Shown piece after piece: positions 1 to 9,800 of a stretch of DNA of 64,000 nucleotides (positions within the stretch are counted from its first letter, which is position 1; the number at the start of each line of letters is the position of its first letter). Under the pieces are notes generated by a model. The model worked only from the letters and a program-made list of their open reading frames with translations, was not told the DNA's origin and ran no database searches. The DNA is from a virus (taxonomy: Duplodnaviria; Caudoviricetes). The position numbers and the translations under genes are program-made. Location: IMG/VR virus record IMGVR_UViG_3300024259_000011. One strand, written 5' to 3'.

Positions 1-681
1 AACAGATCCGGAACCGGTGCTCCCAGTGGGTCCGATCTGAACTAGTTCGCCGTTGTGATTGACATCAGAAGCCTCTGCCGCCAACGTGCCAGAGATGTAG
101 AATCTTAGGTTAATGCTGCCTTTCTGGATCGAGGATCCATAAAAAATAGAAGGCACATCAATAAGGTTCATCTCTTGTGTAGCCTTGTTCCAAGTGCCGA
201 TGCTGGAATCTGAGCCTGTAAAAGCGAAGTGGCGACTAGTTGTCGCAGCACGGTCCAGATTGCTCTTAAGCGCGAAGACGTGTTTCCTGTGATCATTAAC
301 CCTATAGTATATCCTCTGAATCGAAGCTGTCAACTGTGCGCTGCCTGTAATCTCATCGCCATATCCATGTGCGTGATAGCCTGTTGAACTGACTGTGCTG
401 AATGCGTGCATCGACGCGCCCTTGATCAGAAAGGGGTACCGCCAGTTATTTGAGCCACTCATTTTGTCTACATTTGTTTCGTAGAGATCGATTCCTCCCC
501 AGTTGAGAGAAGCAGAACTATTAATGTTGTTTGCGAAAGCGCCCGAGATATGAGTCTTATTATTATAGTGGATCTCAGAGTGACTGCCGCCCGGTCCACG
601 GGCAATCTTGAAGTTTACTTTCGGATATGTCTTGACCCTGTTGTAAAAGAGGTCAGCGTCTTGGAATTTGTAATAAGGCAT
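1..681 (-). CDS. Virion structural (baseplate/tail-associated) protein; N-terminal part only, runs off the left edge
   Basis: Not in the ORF track. Manual translation from the ATG at 681 gives MPYYKFQDADLFYNRVKTYPKVNF...VPSIFYGSSIQKGSINLRFYISGTL..., open to base 1. It shares a 'xIxKGSxxL' motif with the 1345..2565 product. Confidence 0.8.
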   Translation of the reverse strand, partial: MPYYKFQDADLFYNRVKTYPKVNFKIARGPGGSHSEIHYNNKTHISGAFANNINSSASLNWGGIDLYETNVDKMSGSNNWRYPFLIKGASMHAFSTVSSTGYHAHGYGDEITGSAQLTASIQRIYYRVNDHRKHVFALKSNLDRAATTSRHFAFTGSDSSIGTWNKATQEMNLIDVPSIFYGSSIQKGSINLRFYISGTLAAEASDVNHNGELVQIGPTGSTGSGSV

Positions 682-688
682 TCTTTTA

Positions 689-696
689 TAATTAGC
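689..696 (-). promoter_or_regulatory. Putative late-promoter motif (GCTAATTA)
   Basis: CTAATTA lies in the 27-nt gap about 8 nt upstream of the ATG at 681. The same motif class occurs at 3551-3577 and 31246-31253. Confidence 0.4.
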
Positions 697-708
697 GCAG
701 TTCTGTGT

Positions 709-1332
709 TTATTCTGCAGCAACGTATCCGGTAGCTTGGGCGAACTCTTTGAAAACGTTCTGCTTCGATGTATCATTCGGCATCTTAGAATAAACCCATG
801 CGTAGGTCTTCTCCATATAATCCATTGTATCACGAAGTTCGCGATTCTTTGATTCTAAAAGAGAAATATGTTCTTTAGTGGGAGCGGGTAATGAGATCCC
901 TAAGTCTGTTGCGATACACAGTAGGCGATACCATTCGCGCTTCGACGAGGCATCTTGCGCATCTCTGAACATTGCCTCTCGTCGAGCCTGCTCATCTTCG
1001 GTCATGTGCATGATCTTATCGGGATGAGTGGCTTTCGCTATCTTTTTAAAAACCGCGTTTGCAACCGCATTGATTCGCTTTGTTTGCTGTTCGTCCTCGA
1101 CAGCTTCAAGTTCAGTGAATTCTTCTTCAGGATCTGCGCCAGTGTCTCCGGTCTGAAGAATGTACTCCTCAGGAGTAACCAAGCCCATCTCTTCGCGGTA
1201 CTCTTCAAACTCTGCAGAGAATCGAGACTGAGCTTCTTCATACACCAAGCGGCGATAATCGTAGTCTGCGGTCAAGTACCGAAGCTCTAAGATTAGTTTT
1301 TCATATTTCTTTTTTAGTTTCGGCGTAAGCAC
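709..1332 (-). CDS. J-domain (DnaJ-type) co-chaperone
   Basis: FKKIAKATHPDK contains the HPD tripeptide after a basic helix, followed by a helix III-like 'EAMFRDAQDA'. Coiled-coil-like segments flank it. Confidence 0.75.
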   Translation of the reverse strand: MLTPKLKKKYEKLILELRYLTADYDYRRLVYEEAQSRFSAEFEEYREEMGLVTPEEYILQTGDTGADPEEEFTELEAVEDEQQTKRINAVANAVFKKIAKATHPDKIMHMTEDEQARREAMFRDAQDASSKREWYRLLCIATDLGISLPAPTKEHISLLESKNRELRDTMDYMEKTYAWVYSKMPNDTSKQNVFKEFAQATGYVAAE

Positions 1333-1344
1333 ATCTATGCCCGC

Positions 1345-2565
1345 CTAATAATCCAAACGTACTCTCAGCGTCAACTCGTTTGTTGGATCCTTCTTCAGCG
1401 GCTCGGAAAGCTTGGCTACTGCCATCAACTCGTTATCTGATGAATAAAGACCGACGCCAGTGCAATAAGCCACCGGGGTGTCGCTGGATACGTTTTTGAC
1501 GCGGATCTTAGAACCGGTCAGATATGTGGGGTTGGAACTATAGTTGAACTCGTTATGGTTCACTCGACAGAAGTAAATCGTTGAGTTAAGTTCAGTGGTG
1601 TTGTTAAACGAAAGGTTATAAATACGTGTTCTGAACGAGTCGCAACTTGAGGAGATCTCGCGTTCTTTAAGCGAGTCTGCAACATAGTATTCTGCCATTC
1701 CTGAAGAGGATGAAGCGGCATAAGGACCGACATCTGTATCAAAAACGGGTGCCATCGTTGCATCACCGCCGGCAGACGCACTAGTGTTGGCTCCCCATAG
1801 TCCAGAAAGTAGTCCCACGCCATTATGGGTGGTGTAGATCGTGTCAGAAGATGAGACTGACTGAAAGATAGAAGCAGTAATGACTGCTACGCCAGCCTGA
1901 TAATATAGCAAGCCTGCCTTGACATCGGTTGAGCTACCTGCTTCGCCGGCAAGGAAAGTGCTGGAGCCATGGGCATCATAGCTGGTTTCTGCATACAGTA
2001 CAGCATAGTCTCCTGCAGGAGAGTTTACGCGGTAATCATTTTGAGCGTTATAGTCAGTAAGCTTAACACGTCGGTTGAACGCCCCTGAAACGTCTGGCTG
2101 GATTCCAAGCTCCAAACTGAATGAGCCTTTCTTAATCTCGTCCTTAGTTAACAGGCGAGCCATGTTGAGGAAGAATACCTCGCGAAGCTTCGTGCCACCG
2201 GTGAGATCTCCGTCTTCATCAAACTCTTGAATGTCTCCAGATGAGCTATGCCCAACGAGAACCTTCGCCATCTGATTGTACATATTAATCTTCTTAGCGT
2301 TCTGGGTGCTGGATGAACCAGACAAGCCAGAGTTCTTAGAATACCCACATGTGAGGTCAAAGACGTGGTTTGCGGAAGAACTCAGATATGGATAATCATA
2401 AACACTCTGGAACATGCCATGAGCATAGTTCTTGATATTTACCTCACTGGTACCTTCCATGTATGTACCGGAAACTACTGTACCGGTAAGAGGGATTGCT
2501 TCGTTCAAGAGAGTCTTCGTTGAGACCACATCGTTGTTAGAAAAAGTTTTATATGTTGTCGCCAT
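1345..2565 (-). CDS. Virion structural protein (baseplate/tail-collar-like C-terminus)
   Basis: The C-terminal 'TGVGLYSSDNELMAVAKLSEPLKKD...LTLRVRLDY' resembles the C-terminal strands of tail-collar/baseplate proteins. Located in the structural module. Confidence 0.7.
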   Translation of the reverse strand: MATTYKTFSNNDVVSTKTLLNEAIPLTGTVVSGTYMEGTSEVNIKNYAHGMFQSVYDYPYLSSSANHVFDLTCGYSKNSGLSGSSSTQNAKKINMYNQMAKVLVGHSSSGDIQEFDEDGDLTGGTKLREVFFLNMARLLTKDEIKKGSFSLELGIQPDVSGAFNRRVKLTDYNAQNDYRVNSPAGDYAVLYAETSYDAHGSSTFLAGEAGSSTDVKAGLLYYQAGVAVITASIFQSVSSSDTIYTTHNGVGLLSGLWGANTSASAGGDATMAPVFDTDVGPYAASSSSGMAEYYVADSLKEREISSSCDSFRTRIYNLSFNNTTELNSTIYFCRVNHNEFNYSSNPTYLTGSKIRVKNVSSDTPVAYCTGVGLYSSDNELMAVAKLSEPLKKDPTNELTLRVRLDY

Positions 2566-2575
2566 TTTTTAGTCC

Positions 2576-3529
2576 TTATGCCTTCTTAACAAGCCTAACT
2601 GGAATATCGATACTGTAGCCCGTGGTTGCTCCCGTCACTCTCACAATCGTATCAATGTAGTTTGTGAAAGAGGATGAGCTAGGACCATCATCGGTTTGCC
2701 GGTTAATACTAACCGTGCCACTGCCGCCAATCAAGTCGTACAGGTAGGTGCTTGTGTTCAGTTCTAGGCTAGCCTGAATTCTGAACTTAAGAATAGTGCC
2801 TCGCGGTCCACGGATAACTTGTGTGTTGTCCTGTGTGGATGTGGATGTGCTCTCATTTGAACTCACATATCCACTATCGTTAAGGGTCAAGTAATAGCTT
2901 GCAATGCTGTCGTCATCAATGAAGGACGGGTCGGCAAGCGATGTCTTGGTGGGGTGCGCGATTCTGCCCAAGCGGTTATCAATCTCAATGATATACGCGG
3001 TCTCAGCCAGATCTGAATCAATCGTAAAGGTTGGAGGAATCTCGGTGGTGTTTAGCCCCTGATCAATACGGATGTGGGAGGGGGAGTTTAGTGTCTCTCC
3101 TGCCAGCACTCCGTTCGTCTGGGATGCATTAAGACCGCCTGATGCGTTCTTCTCTGTATCTGCATCGACCGCTACAACGAATAACGCGCTTGAATCAAGT
3201 GTCGTTTGCGAGGCGTCAGGCGCACTCGTATTCAACTTCAAGATTGGCAGGTACAGCAAGTTAGTGCGTGAGATCGAGAGCAGCTTGCTCTTCATCATAG
3301 AGCCGTTATTTGTGAACGCCTCCATAACAGGAGATTGTAGAATCTCCAAATCATAATACGCACTACCGTTTGCGTGGTCCTTGTTATAAAGTGAGTAGTC
3401 AATTTCGTCGTCGCTCAAAGCGAACTTACTGATTTTAAAAGAGCCATCGCCCTTTGCGAGTCGATATCTGCCCGTGTCAGTTAATACTGCATCGAGGATG
3501 ATATCGCCCGAGTTATCTAAGAATCCCAT
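2576..3529 (-). CDS. Virion structural protein (tail-collar-like N-terminus)
   Basis: The N-terminal 'IILDAVLTDTGRYRLAKG...ISKFALSDDEIDY' resembles the LTxxGxxxLA...ITxFAxGD start of tail-collar fibre proteins. Paralogous start in 10395..11531. Confidence 0.7.
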   Translation of the reverse strand: MGFLDNSGDIILDAVLTDTGRYRLAKGDGSFKISKFALSDDEIDYSLYNKDHANGSAYYDLEILQSPVMEAFTNNGSMMKSKLLSISRTNLLYLPILKLNTSAPDASQTTLDSSALFVVAVDADTEKNASGGLNASQTNGVLAGETLNSPSHIRIDQGLNTTEIPPTFTIDSDLAETAYIIEIDNRLGRIAHPTKTSLADPSFIDDDSIASYYLTLNDSGYVSSNESTSTSTQDNTQVIRGPRGTILKFRIQASLELNTSTYLYDLIGGSGTVSINRQTDDGPSSSSFTNYIDTIVRVTGATTGYSIDIPVRLVKKA

Positions 3530-3550
3530 TAAACTCTTGTCTCCGTTACT

Positions 3551-3577
3551 TAATTAGTTTATTATACAGTAAATAGT
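3551..3577 (-). promoter_or_regulatory. Putative late promoter: two copies of ACTA(A/T)TTA in the largest intergenic gap
   Basis: The minus strand reads ACTATTTA (3577-3570) and ACTAATTA (3558-3551) in an AT-rich 105-nt gap upstream of the ATG at 3529. Confidence 0.5.
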
Positions 3578-3634
3578 GCTTTCTCTTAAAACATTCTTTT
3601 ACTGCTTGTGTAGCTTCCGTTCTATATCCGTATC

Positions 3635-6600
3635 TCATTTCTCACGGACTCCTGTTTCTTTGTCTCTTGTAGGTGCGCCCTCAATCTCATCTGCCGTTCT
3701 TTCATGCTTTTGGTTGAACTGAATATTCAGGTCTGCTGCTTTTCCGGTAGTTGTTGAAGTGATTCGGGCTTTAAACTTTTTGCCCCATACGTTAGTATCT
3801 GCTAAGCCTAACTGTACGTTACCTTTAGCCGCGTCGAACGCAGAAGTAAGCCCTTCATTCTTAATTAGTATCTGAGAGGGCGTTGGAGCAATTTTAATGT
3901 ACTTGTTAAAATATTTCTTATTTGTTCGCGGGACCAAATCTCTGAAATGGTACTCGCTAATCAGTGGGTAGACTGTGCCGTTTTCGTCCACAATCTCAAC
4001 TTGGAACACTGCAGTCGGATTTGAAACATTGCCATGTACATCGATTTGACGCACCGTGTAATAATATTTTGTATTTGGCATCAGTACATCAATCATGGTG
4101 GCAGCATCTGAATATTTTGGTAGAATATTATTAGCTGGAGCAGTCTCAGCCTCGCTTGGTATTCTAGTCGAAACCTTGTATTTGAGCGCGCCATCGAAAC
4201 TGGCATAGCTGTAAGGCGCAACAGTTGTACGATAAACCTCAAAGAATTCCGGTCGGTCGTCCGACTCATAAAGCAACGGATCGCCGGGTTCAATCTCATG
4301 AGTCTGATAGTCGTACTGATTGGCTGCAGCCTGTTGCTCCGTTTGGTTGAACTTGGGACCATAGCTGGCTTCTTGTGTGTTAATATAAATCGGGTGCATC
4401 TGCTGTCTGCCGACAGTTCCCTTGAATATCAGAAGCATCTTATGGTTAATCCCCTTGTAAGGGATGATTTCAAACTCTGGCACAACAGGGGCTGTGTCGA
4501 ACATCACGACCTTTTGGCTATGGATACGAGTCTTAACAATCTTCAGAACGGGAGTGTACCACACCTGCTGAGAATATGTTGCGTCAGCCCACGCCATCGT
4601 TTTAGTTATTGGGTCTCCCTGCTTTATCCTATTATAAAGTTCGGTAGGGGTTTTGATCAGCGGACTCATATCCAAGACGTTGTTTCCGCTGTTATATTTC
4701 GTTCCAATGACCAAGGTGTAGGCATAGATTTCATAGTTGTATTCTTTGCCATAATGAACTTGTGTGTCTACAAAATCGATATTGGTAATATCTGATGAGT
4801 TGGCAAACCAGAAGTTTTGAATTTCTCTGCCGGTGGCTACATCTGTCTTTCTCACTTGATACACCACAGTTTCTGCGTAGCCTAAGTCGCCTTTGAGGAC
4901 TTGGCTGTAGCTGCGGATATAGTCGGTGACCATATCTTTAATCTTTCCTAGAGCAATGATAGTTTTGATTTGTTGCTCTAAAGTATTCGTCATGCCCTTT
5001 CCGGAAATCGTAGCTGCGTGGGCGTGGAGGCGTCCTGTCATCTCGTCGGTGTTTTGGCGGCTGTTTAAGACAGACTGCAGCCATTTTTCAACATCCAAAA
5101 CTGTTCGGTTGTAAGCTTGGATGGACTGGCGTTGACCTAAGGCAATGCCACCATCATCGCGGCGCTTAAGAGTCATTTTGGGCTGTGATTCAAAAATCGA
5201 TTTGCGGGGTCCGAGGACCGGCTTCTTTGAGGCTGGAATCTCTTGAATAAGACGGGAGTTACCGGGCTGGCTGGCAATCAGTGAATCTATTAAAGTTGGC
5301 ATCAGACCCGCAGTATTGATGTGATCTGAAAACTGTGCAAAATGATCTGCAGTAAAGCTGATCTCCGCATGCAGCGGATAGTTTTCTCTTTGTTGCTGAG
5401 CGTCTTTCGTAATCGAAGAATAGTTGCCGCTGAAACACAGGTTCTTCATGTAGCCTGCAGCTTTAGCAGCTAACGGAGCCATTTCAAAAATCTTACTCAT
5501 TACTTCTCTGGTGAGTGCCGTATCTGCTAGTTGCAAATCGTTGCCAAGGTTTGCGACACCACCCGCAGTCCGTGTAGCATTAAAGCCTCTGACAACTCTT
5601 GCCAAGATTTGCCCATATTCATCCCAATATAAACTAGAAAGCTCCATGCTCTCTTTCGCATCCATTTCCTTTTTGGTCATTTTCCCTTTGAGCCTACCTG
5701 AGACAGCGCTCTTAATCGCGCCGCCCAAAGAGGCGTTAGCCTGTGCAACGTTGCTCGTAACTGGATCGCCCATGGATGTTTCTGCTGCTGACTGCACCAT
5801 AAGAGATGGCAAAAGCAACTCGGGACAATGCTTGGAGAACTTCTCATACCGTTGTGAATAAAAATTGTACTCTGATGATGCATGTGCGTGTGCTGATTTC
5901 CCAGTAGAGGCTAAGATTCTAGATTCCATTCTGTTGAATGGAACATTAACGTACGTTGAGTAATCCTCGTAATCTCTGCCGGCGCCGGCGGTCTGCAATG
6001 TAAACTGTCCGATGTAAGTACGCATCAAGTTCCACATGTACATGGAACCTTCTTGCAACCACATTTTGGGATCGATCCCTTCTTTAATAGCTGCTGCAGT
6101 GCCCTCTTGAGTGTCAAGAAACTTCTGTATCTCTGTCATGCGGTCTGAATCGATGCCGGCAACGTGAGCATAGTATTGGTTAAAGGTGCTCTCGATTGGC
6201 AAAAGCTTAATGTTTTCTTGATATACCGGAAACAAGCCGGCTCTGGCGCCGGCGCTGGATCGGCTTGAATCTCTCCATGATAGCATGCGCTCCTCTTGCC
6301 CGGGAGAAAGAACACCGTCGCCAGTTTTTGGAGTCTGGTCCGAAAAAACAATATCAAACGGTAGCGAGTTAAATGCCATGTTATCAGCTTCTTTCTTCAT
6401 TGAGCCGGAAAGAAACATTATGCTTTTAGGGGGCGCGTCAGTCGGGGATAGATCATTAGGTTCAAGATGAACTGACCATATTCGATTTGCGAAGATCCGG
6501 ACTGGATCGATTTCTGCAAATGCGGCGGTGCCCGACTTATTAACGCCGTCAATTTGTTCCTGAGTCATCTTGTATTCAGTAAAGGCTAAGTCGGTTTCTC

Positions 6601-6835
6601 CAGAGACTTGAGCCTCTGGATCTAATAGGTATTTGTCGGCGCGCTGGAGAGATTTATAAAACCCTAGAATATTGACGCGACTTCCCTTATTGTAAATGGA
6701 AAGACCGCGACCCATTGCCTTGTTGGAGGCGCCTGCAGTTACACCGTAAGCCTTGTCAAACCGCAGCGAACGTGCGGGCAAGTTCAGCCCATACGCAGTA
6801 GTTGAAATCAAATATTGTTTCTTGCCTGATGCCAT
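3635..6835 (-). CDS. Large virion structural protein with FN3-like beta segments
   Basis: 1066 aa. 'FVDTQVHYGKEYNYEIYAY' and 'LMPNTKYYYTVRQIDVHGNVSNP' are FN3-like patterns. Stop-start coupled to the upstream structural gene. Confidence 0.6.
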   Translation of the reverse strand: MASGKKQYLISTTAYGLNLPARSLRFDKAYGVTAGASNKAMGRGLSIYNKGSRVNILGFYKSLQRADKYLLDPEAQVSGETDLAFTEYKMTQEQIDGVNKSGTAAFAEIDPVRIFANRIWSVHLEPNDLSPTDAPPKSIMFLSGSMKKEADNMAFNSLPFDIVFSDQTPKTGDGVLSPGQEERMLSWRDSSRSSAGARAGLFPVYQENIKLLPIESTFNQYYAHVAGIDSDRMTEIQKFLDTQEGTAAAIKEGIDPKMWLQEGSMYMWNLMRTYIGQFTLQTAGAGRDYEDYSTYVNVPFNRMESRILASTGKSAHAHASSEYNFYSQRYEKFSKHCPELLLPSLMVQSAAETSMGDPVTSNVAQANASLGGAIKSAVSGRLKGKMTKKEMDAKESMELSSLYWDEYGQILARVVRGFNATRTAGGVANLGNDLQLADTALTREVMSKIFEMAPLAAKAAGYMKNLCFSGNYSSITKDAQQQRENYPLHAEISFTADHFAQFSDHINTAGLMPTLIDSLIASQPGNSRLIQEIPASKKPVLGPRKSIFESQPKMTLKRRDDGGIALGQRQSIQAYNRTVLDVEKWLQSVLNSRQNTDEMTGRLHAHAATISGKGMTNTLEQQIKTIIALGKIKDMVTDYIRSYSQVLKGDLGYAETVVYQVRKTDVATGREIQNFWFANSSDITNIDFVDTQVHYGKEYNYEIYAYTLVIGTKYNSGNNVLDMSPLIKTPTELYNRIKQGDPITKTMAWADATYSQQVWYTPVLKIVKTRIHSQKVVMFDTAPVVPEFEIIPYKGINHKMLLIFKGTVGRQQMHPIYINTQEASYGPKFNQTEQQAAANQYDYQTHEIEPGDPLLYESDDRPEFFEVYRTTVAPYSYASFDGALKYKVSTRIPSEAETAPANNILPKYSDAATMIDVLMPNTKYYYTVRQIDVHGNVSNPTAVFQVEIVDENGTVYPLISEYHFRDLVPRTNKKYFNKYIKIAPTPSQILIKNEGLTSAFDAAKGNVQLGLADTNVWGKKFKARITSTTTGKAADLNIQFNQKHERTADEIEGAPTRDKETGVREK

Positions 6836-9800
6836 TAGTCTGTATGCAATCCTTCTCTTACAATCTGTGTAGCCGGAGTAGTCAGCCCAATCTTACGCTT
6901 CATACCGGTAAGGGGCGCATCTCCGTTTCCTACAAGAATAAACTTTGCATTCCAGATTGGCAAGTCCATTGCTTTTGGAAACGAAATACGCACAGCTTCA
7001 TTGTTGTAGGGTCGAAGGCGACACAGTATCTGCGTACCCTCTCTTCTATTTAGTGTCACAACCAGACTTTTTTCTAAGGGGAGCCAAATCTCAGAGCCAA
7101 TTGATTTTTCATATTTGGGCTGAAGATTTGATGGGCGGTATCCTGCGAGGAATTCAACTCGTACGTTCATCATAAAGTATAGCTGGTACAACATGTTATA
7201 GAATGGATCGTCCCAGTGAGCCTGATCCATCCGGTTCTTAATGTTGTCCAATACAGAATCTCCGTTCAATGCAGAGATGGCTGCGGCTTGGATGGATGGC
7301 GGGAGCTTGTTCAGCATGCTAGCAAAATGGTTAAACACGGATTCCCAGCTACCAGCGCCCATTTTCGCAGACTCTTCCAACATGAAAAAGACAACTGCCA
7401 TGGCACTAAAGTTGGGTGCATTTGGATCAGCCGGTTTTTGCTTCGTTGAGTGTAAATAGTCTCTTTTGGTAGTGGTTAACATCTGTAAGAGAAAATGAGT
7501 TTCTTGTTCTGTTTCATAGCCGGCTGTGAGGTTCTGAAGGGCTCCAAGGATATCGCTTGTATCAGCGTCAGCGCCCCACTCGGTGCTAGCCATAGCTGAG
7601 GGGAATACATCTTGAAAATCGATCTCGTCATCCTCCTCAACTGTAAGTGTCGCTAACGAAAACATCGATGGGAAGGGTGTACCGGTGCCGCCGTCTTCCA
7701 CTCCGGAAGTCATGGCTCGCGGACTAATCGCGGTCGGATAATCTGACAACTCTCTATCAACTTGCTCTTTAGTCATCAAAGTTGCTCCAAACTCCGGAGC
7801 CAGTGCCTGCCCCAAACGCTGCTTGGAGTCCACTGTAAGAACATTGACCTGATCTGCTTTTCTCTTGGAACCAATATACTGAACAAGGCTTTTAAGAGAA
7901 TCTGTCATAGCAGACATGTCTGGACCGTTTGTGCCGTCAGAGTTCTTATACCTATTTCTAACTGTCTGTAGATTAATGGTATTCTCCGGACCTAGGACAT
8001 TCATCGTGCGTGCAGACAAACATCGGAATGCCGAAGTTGCACTAGGAATAGCTGTTGGGCTAATGAAGTACTTTGTTATTTCCTCGTTGGCTCGGTTAAT
8101 ATAGTCGCTGGTGCTGACCAGCCCAAGAGAGGCTGGACCTCCAGCGGCAGACATCTGCAAGAAAGAGGCTCCCGTAAAAGGAGGCGCGTCTGAATCAAAC
8201 GCATCATTTGCGAAATAAGTCTTATAAGTGATTGTCCGGTTCGTTACCCCGGAGCCACCATTTGGTGTTGATGGGTTAGACGCTGCAGACGAGTTGGATG
8301 CTGGCGTCTCAGCAGAAATCAGGTCTTGAACAACTTTAATATATTTTTCTAATGTGTCGATCACTGCACTGATTCCCCGAGGTGTTCCGGATCTGGGGTT
8401 GCAAATACTGGATAGGTTCTTTCGCATCTTTTCTTTCTTTTGTCGTGTCATCTTTTCGGAAACAACAAGATCCATTAGCTCTACGAAAGCTCTGGGGGCA
8501 GCATCCCATGGGCGTGACCTTCCATATTTGGAAGTGGCAAACTGAAGGAACTCCCTTGTGAATTTGTTTGTTGTCGGATCGTAGTGTCCAACCTGAGTCT
8601 GGTTTCGAGTGTTTGTGTTGGATCTGGCTTCACCGGCAACAATAGCCACTGTTGCCTTGGCGCGCTGACCGTCCGGACTTACAAACTTGGTACCCACATG
8701 TGGGTCTGTGTATGTCATCTTATAACGATTAACCACTGGAATATTCGCGAACACCTCATACTCTCTGAGCCTCGCTACCTGTTTTTGCATACGCTTAAGG
8801 TGGCGAGCAATATATACTGGAACATAATCCCTAACCGTAATCTCGACACCATATTGATATATGCCAACTGTCCGATCTTTAACGCCCATATCTTTCCCGG
8901 TGAAATGCCGGATTCTAAAATCTTTGCCGTTGGAGTCTCCATGGCTGAGTTCGACTTCTCTGACCCCACCACCGCCTTTACGACCTTTCCTCTCCCCGGT
9001 ATCAGCCACAGTAATACGCTGCGTTGGAGGTACCTTGCCGGTGCGATTGGACTTGGACGACACAACAATGTGATCGACCTGCTCGGCGTCCCATGGCTCG
9101 TAAACATTCGGGAATCCTCGGGCGTAGGCACCTTGTTTATGGTGCTTGACCCGGCGTCTCAAAATCTTAATTTCTTGGATCGAGCAACGCCTCAGCACTG
9201 TATCGCGAAGACTGTCTTCGACATTATCAAAGAATCTGCCATACATAGAGTTGTCCTTCATAAAGTCCAAATGGCTATAGCCAAAAAGAAATCCGCATGC
9301 CCGGGAGGAATCAGAAGTCAGATGCACATCGCTGAAGTACTTGTGACGATATGCTGGCAATGTAGTAAAATGTTGTCCTGCTCCGGAAGCTAGCCGATTC
9401 AAGATATTAACCTGTGACAAGTCGATGGTATACGCGGGTACAACATCGTCCACATCCCTAAAGTCGGAGATTCTAGAATCGCCCAGATTAAGCTCGCCGG
9501 CTTCAACAGTGGTAAGCCATTCTCCATTCATGCTATACTGATTCGCATTCATGTTGACTGACGTAGTATTAAGGTTATTATCTTCTAAAAGCGCTTCGAT
9601 GTTTAAAAGCGTACAAACGTAATAGGAAAGATGGCTTGGCGTGGCTGATTTGACTTCAAACTGAAACTTTATCGGAAAGTCATATACGGTATTTCCATTG
9701 GTATCTATGCTGGCAAATCCTGCCAACATCAGATCTTGCTCGGAGATTGCGTTACCAGTTGTAGAACTGTCAATGCTATTCACGATGTCTTGGACTGACG

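Noticed and set aside
550-1290. Plus-strand ORFs 550..852 and 955..1290, and the many other short plus-strand or out-of-frame ORFs in the track
   Set aside because: They are antisense or nested within longer, motif-bearing minus-strand genes and show no coding hallmarks.
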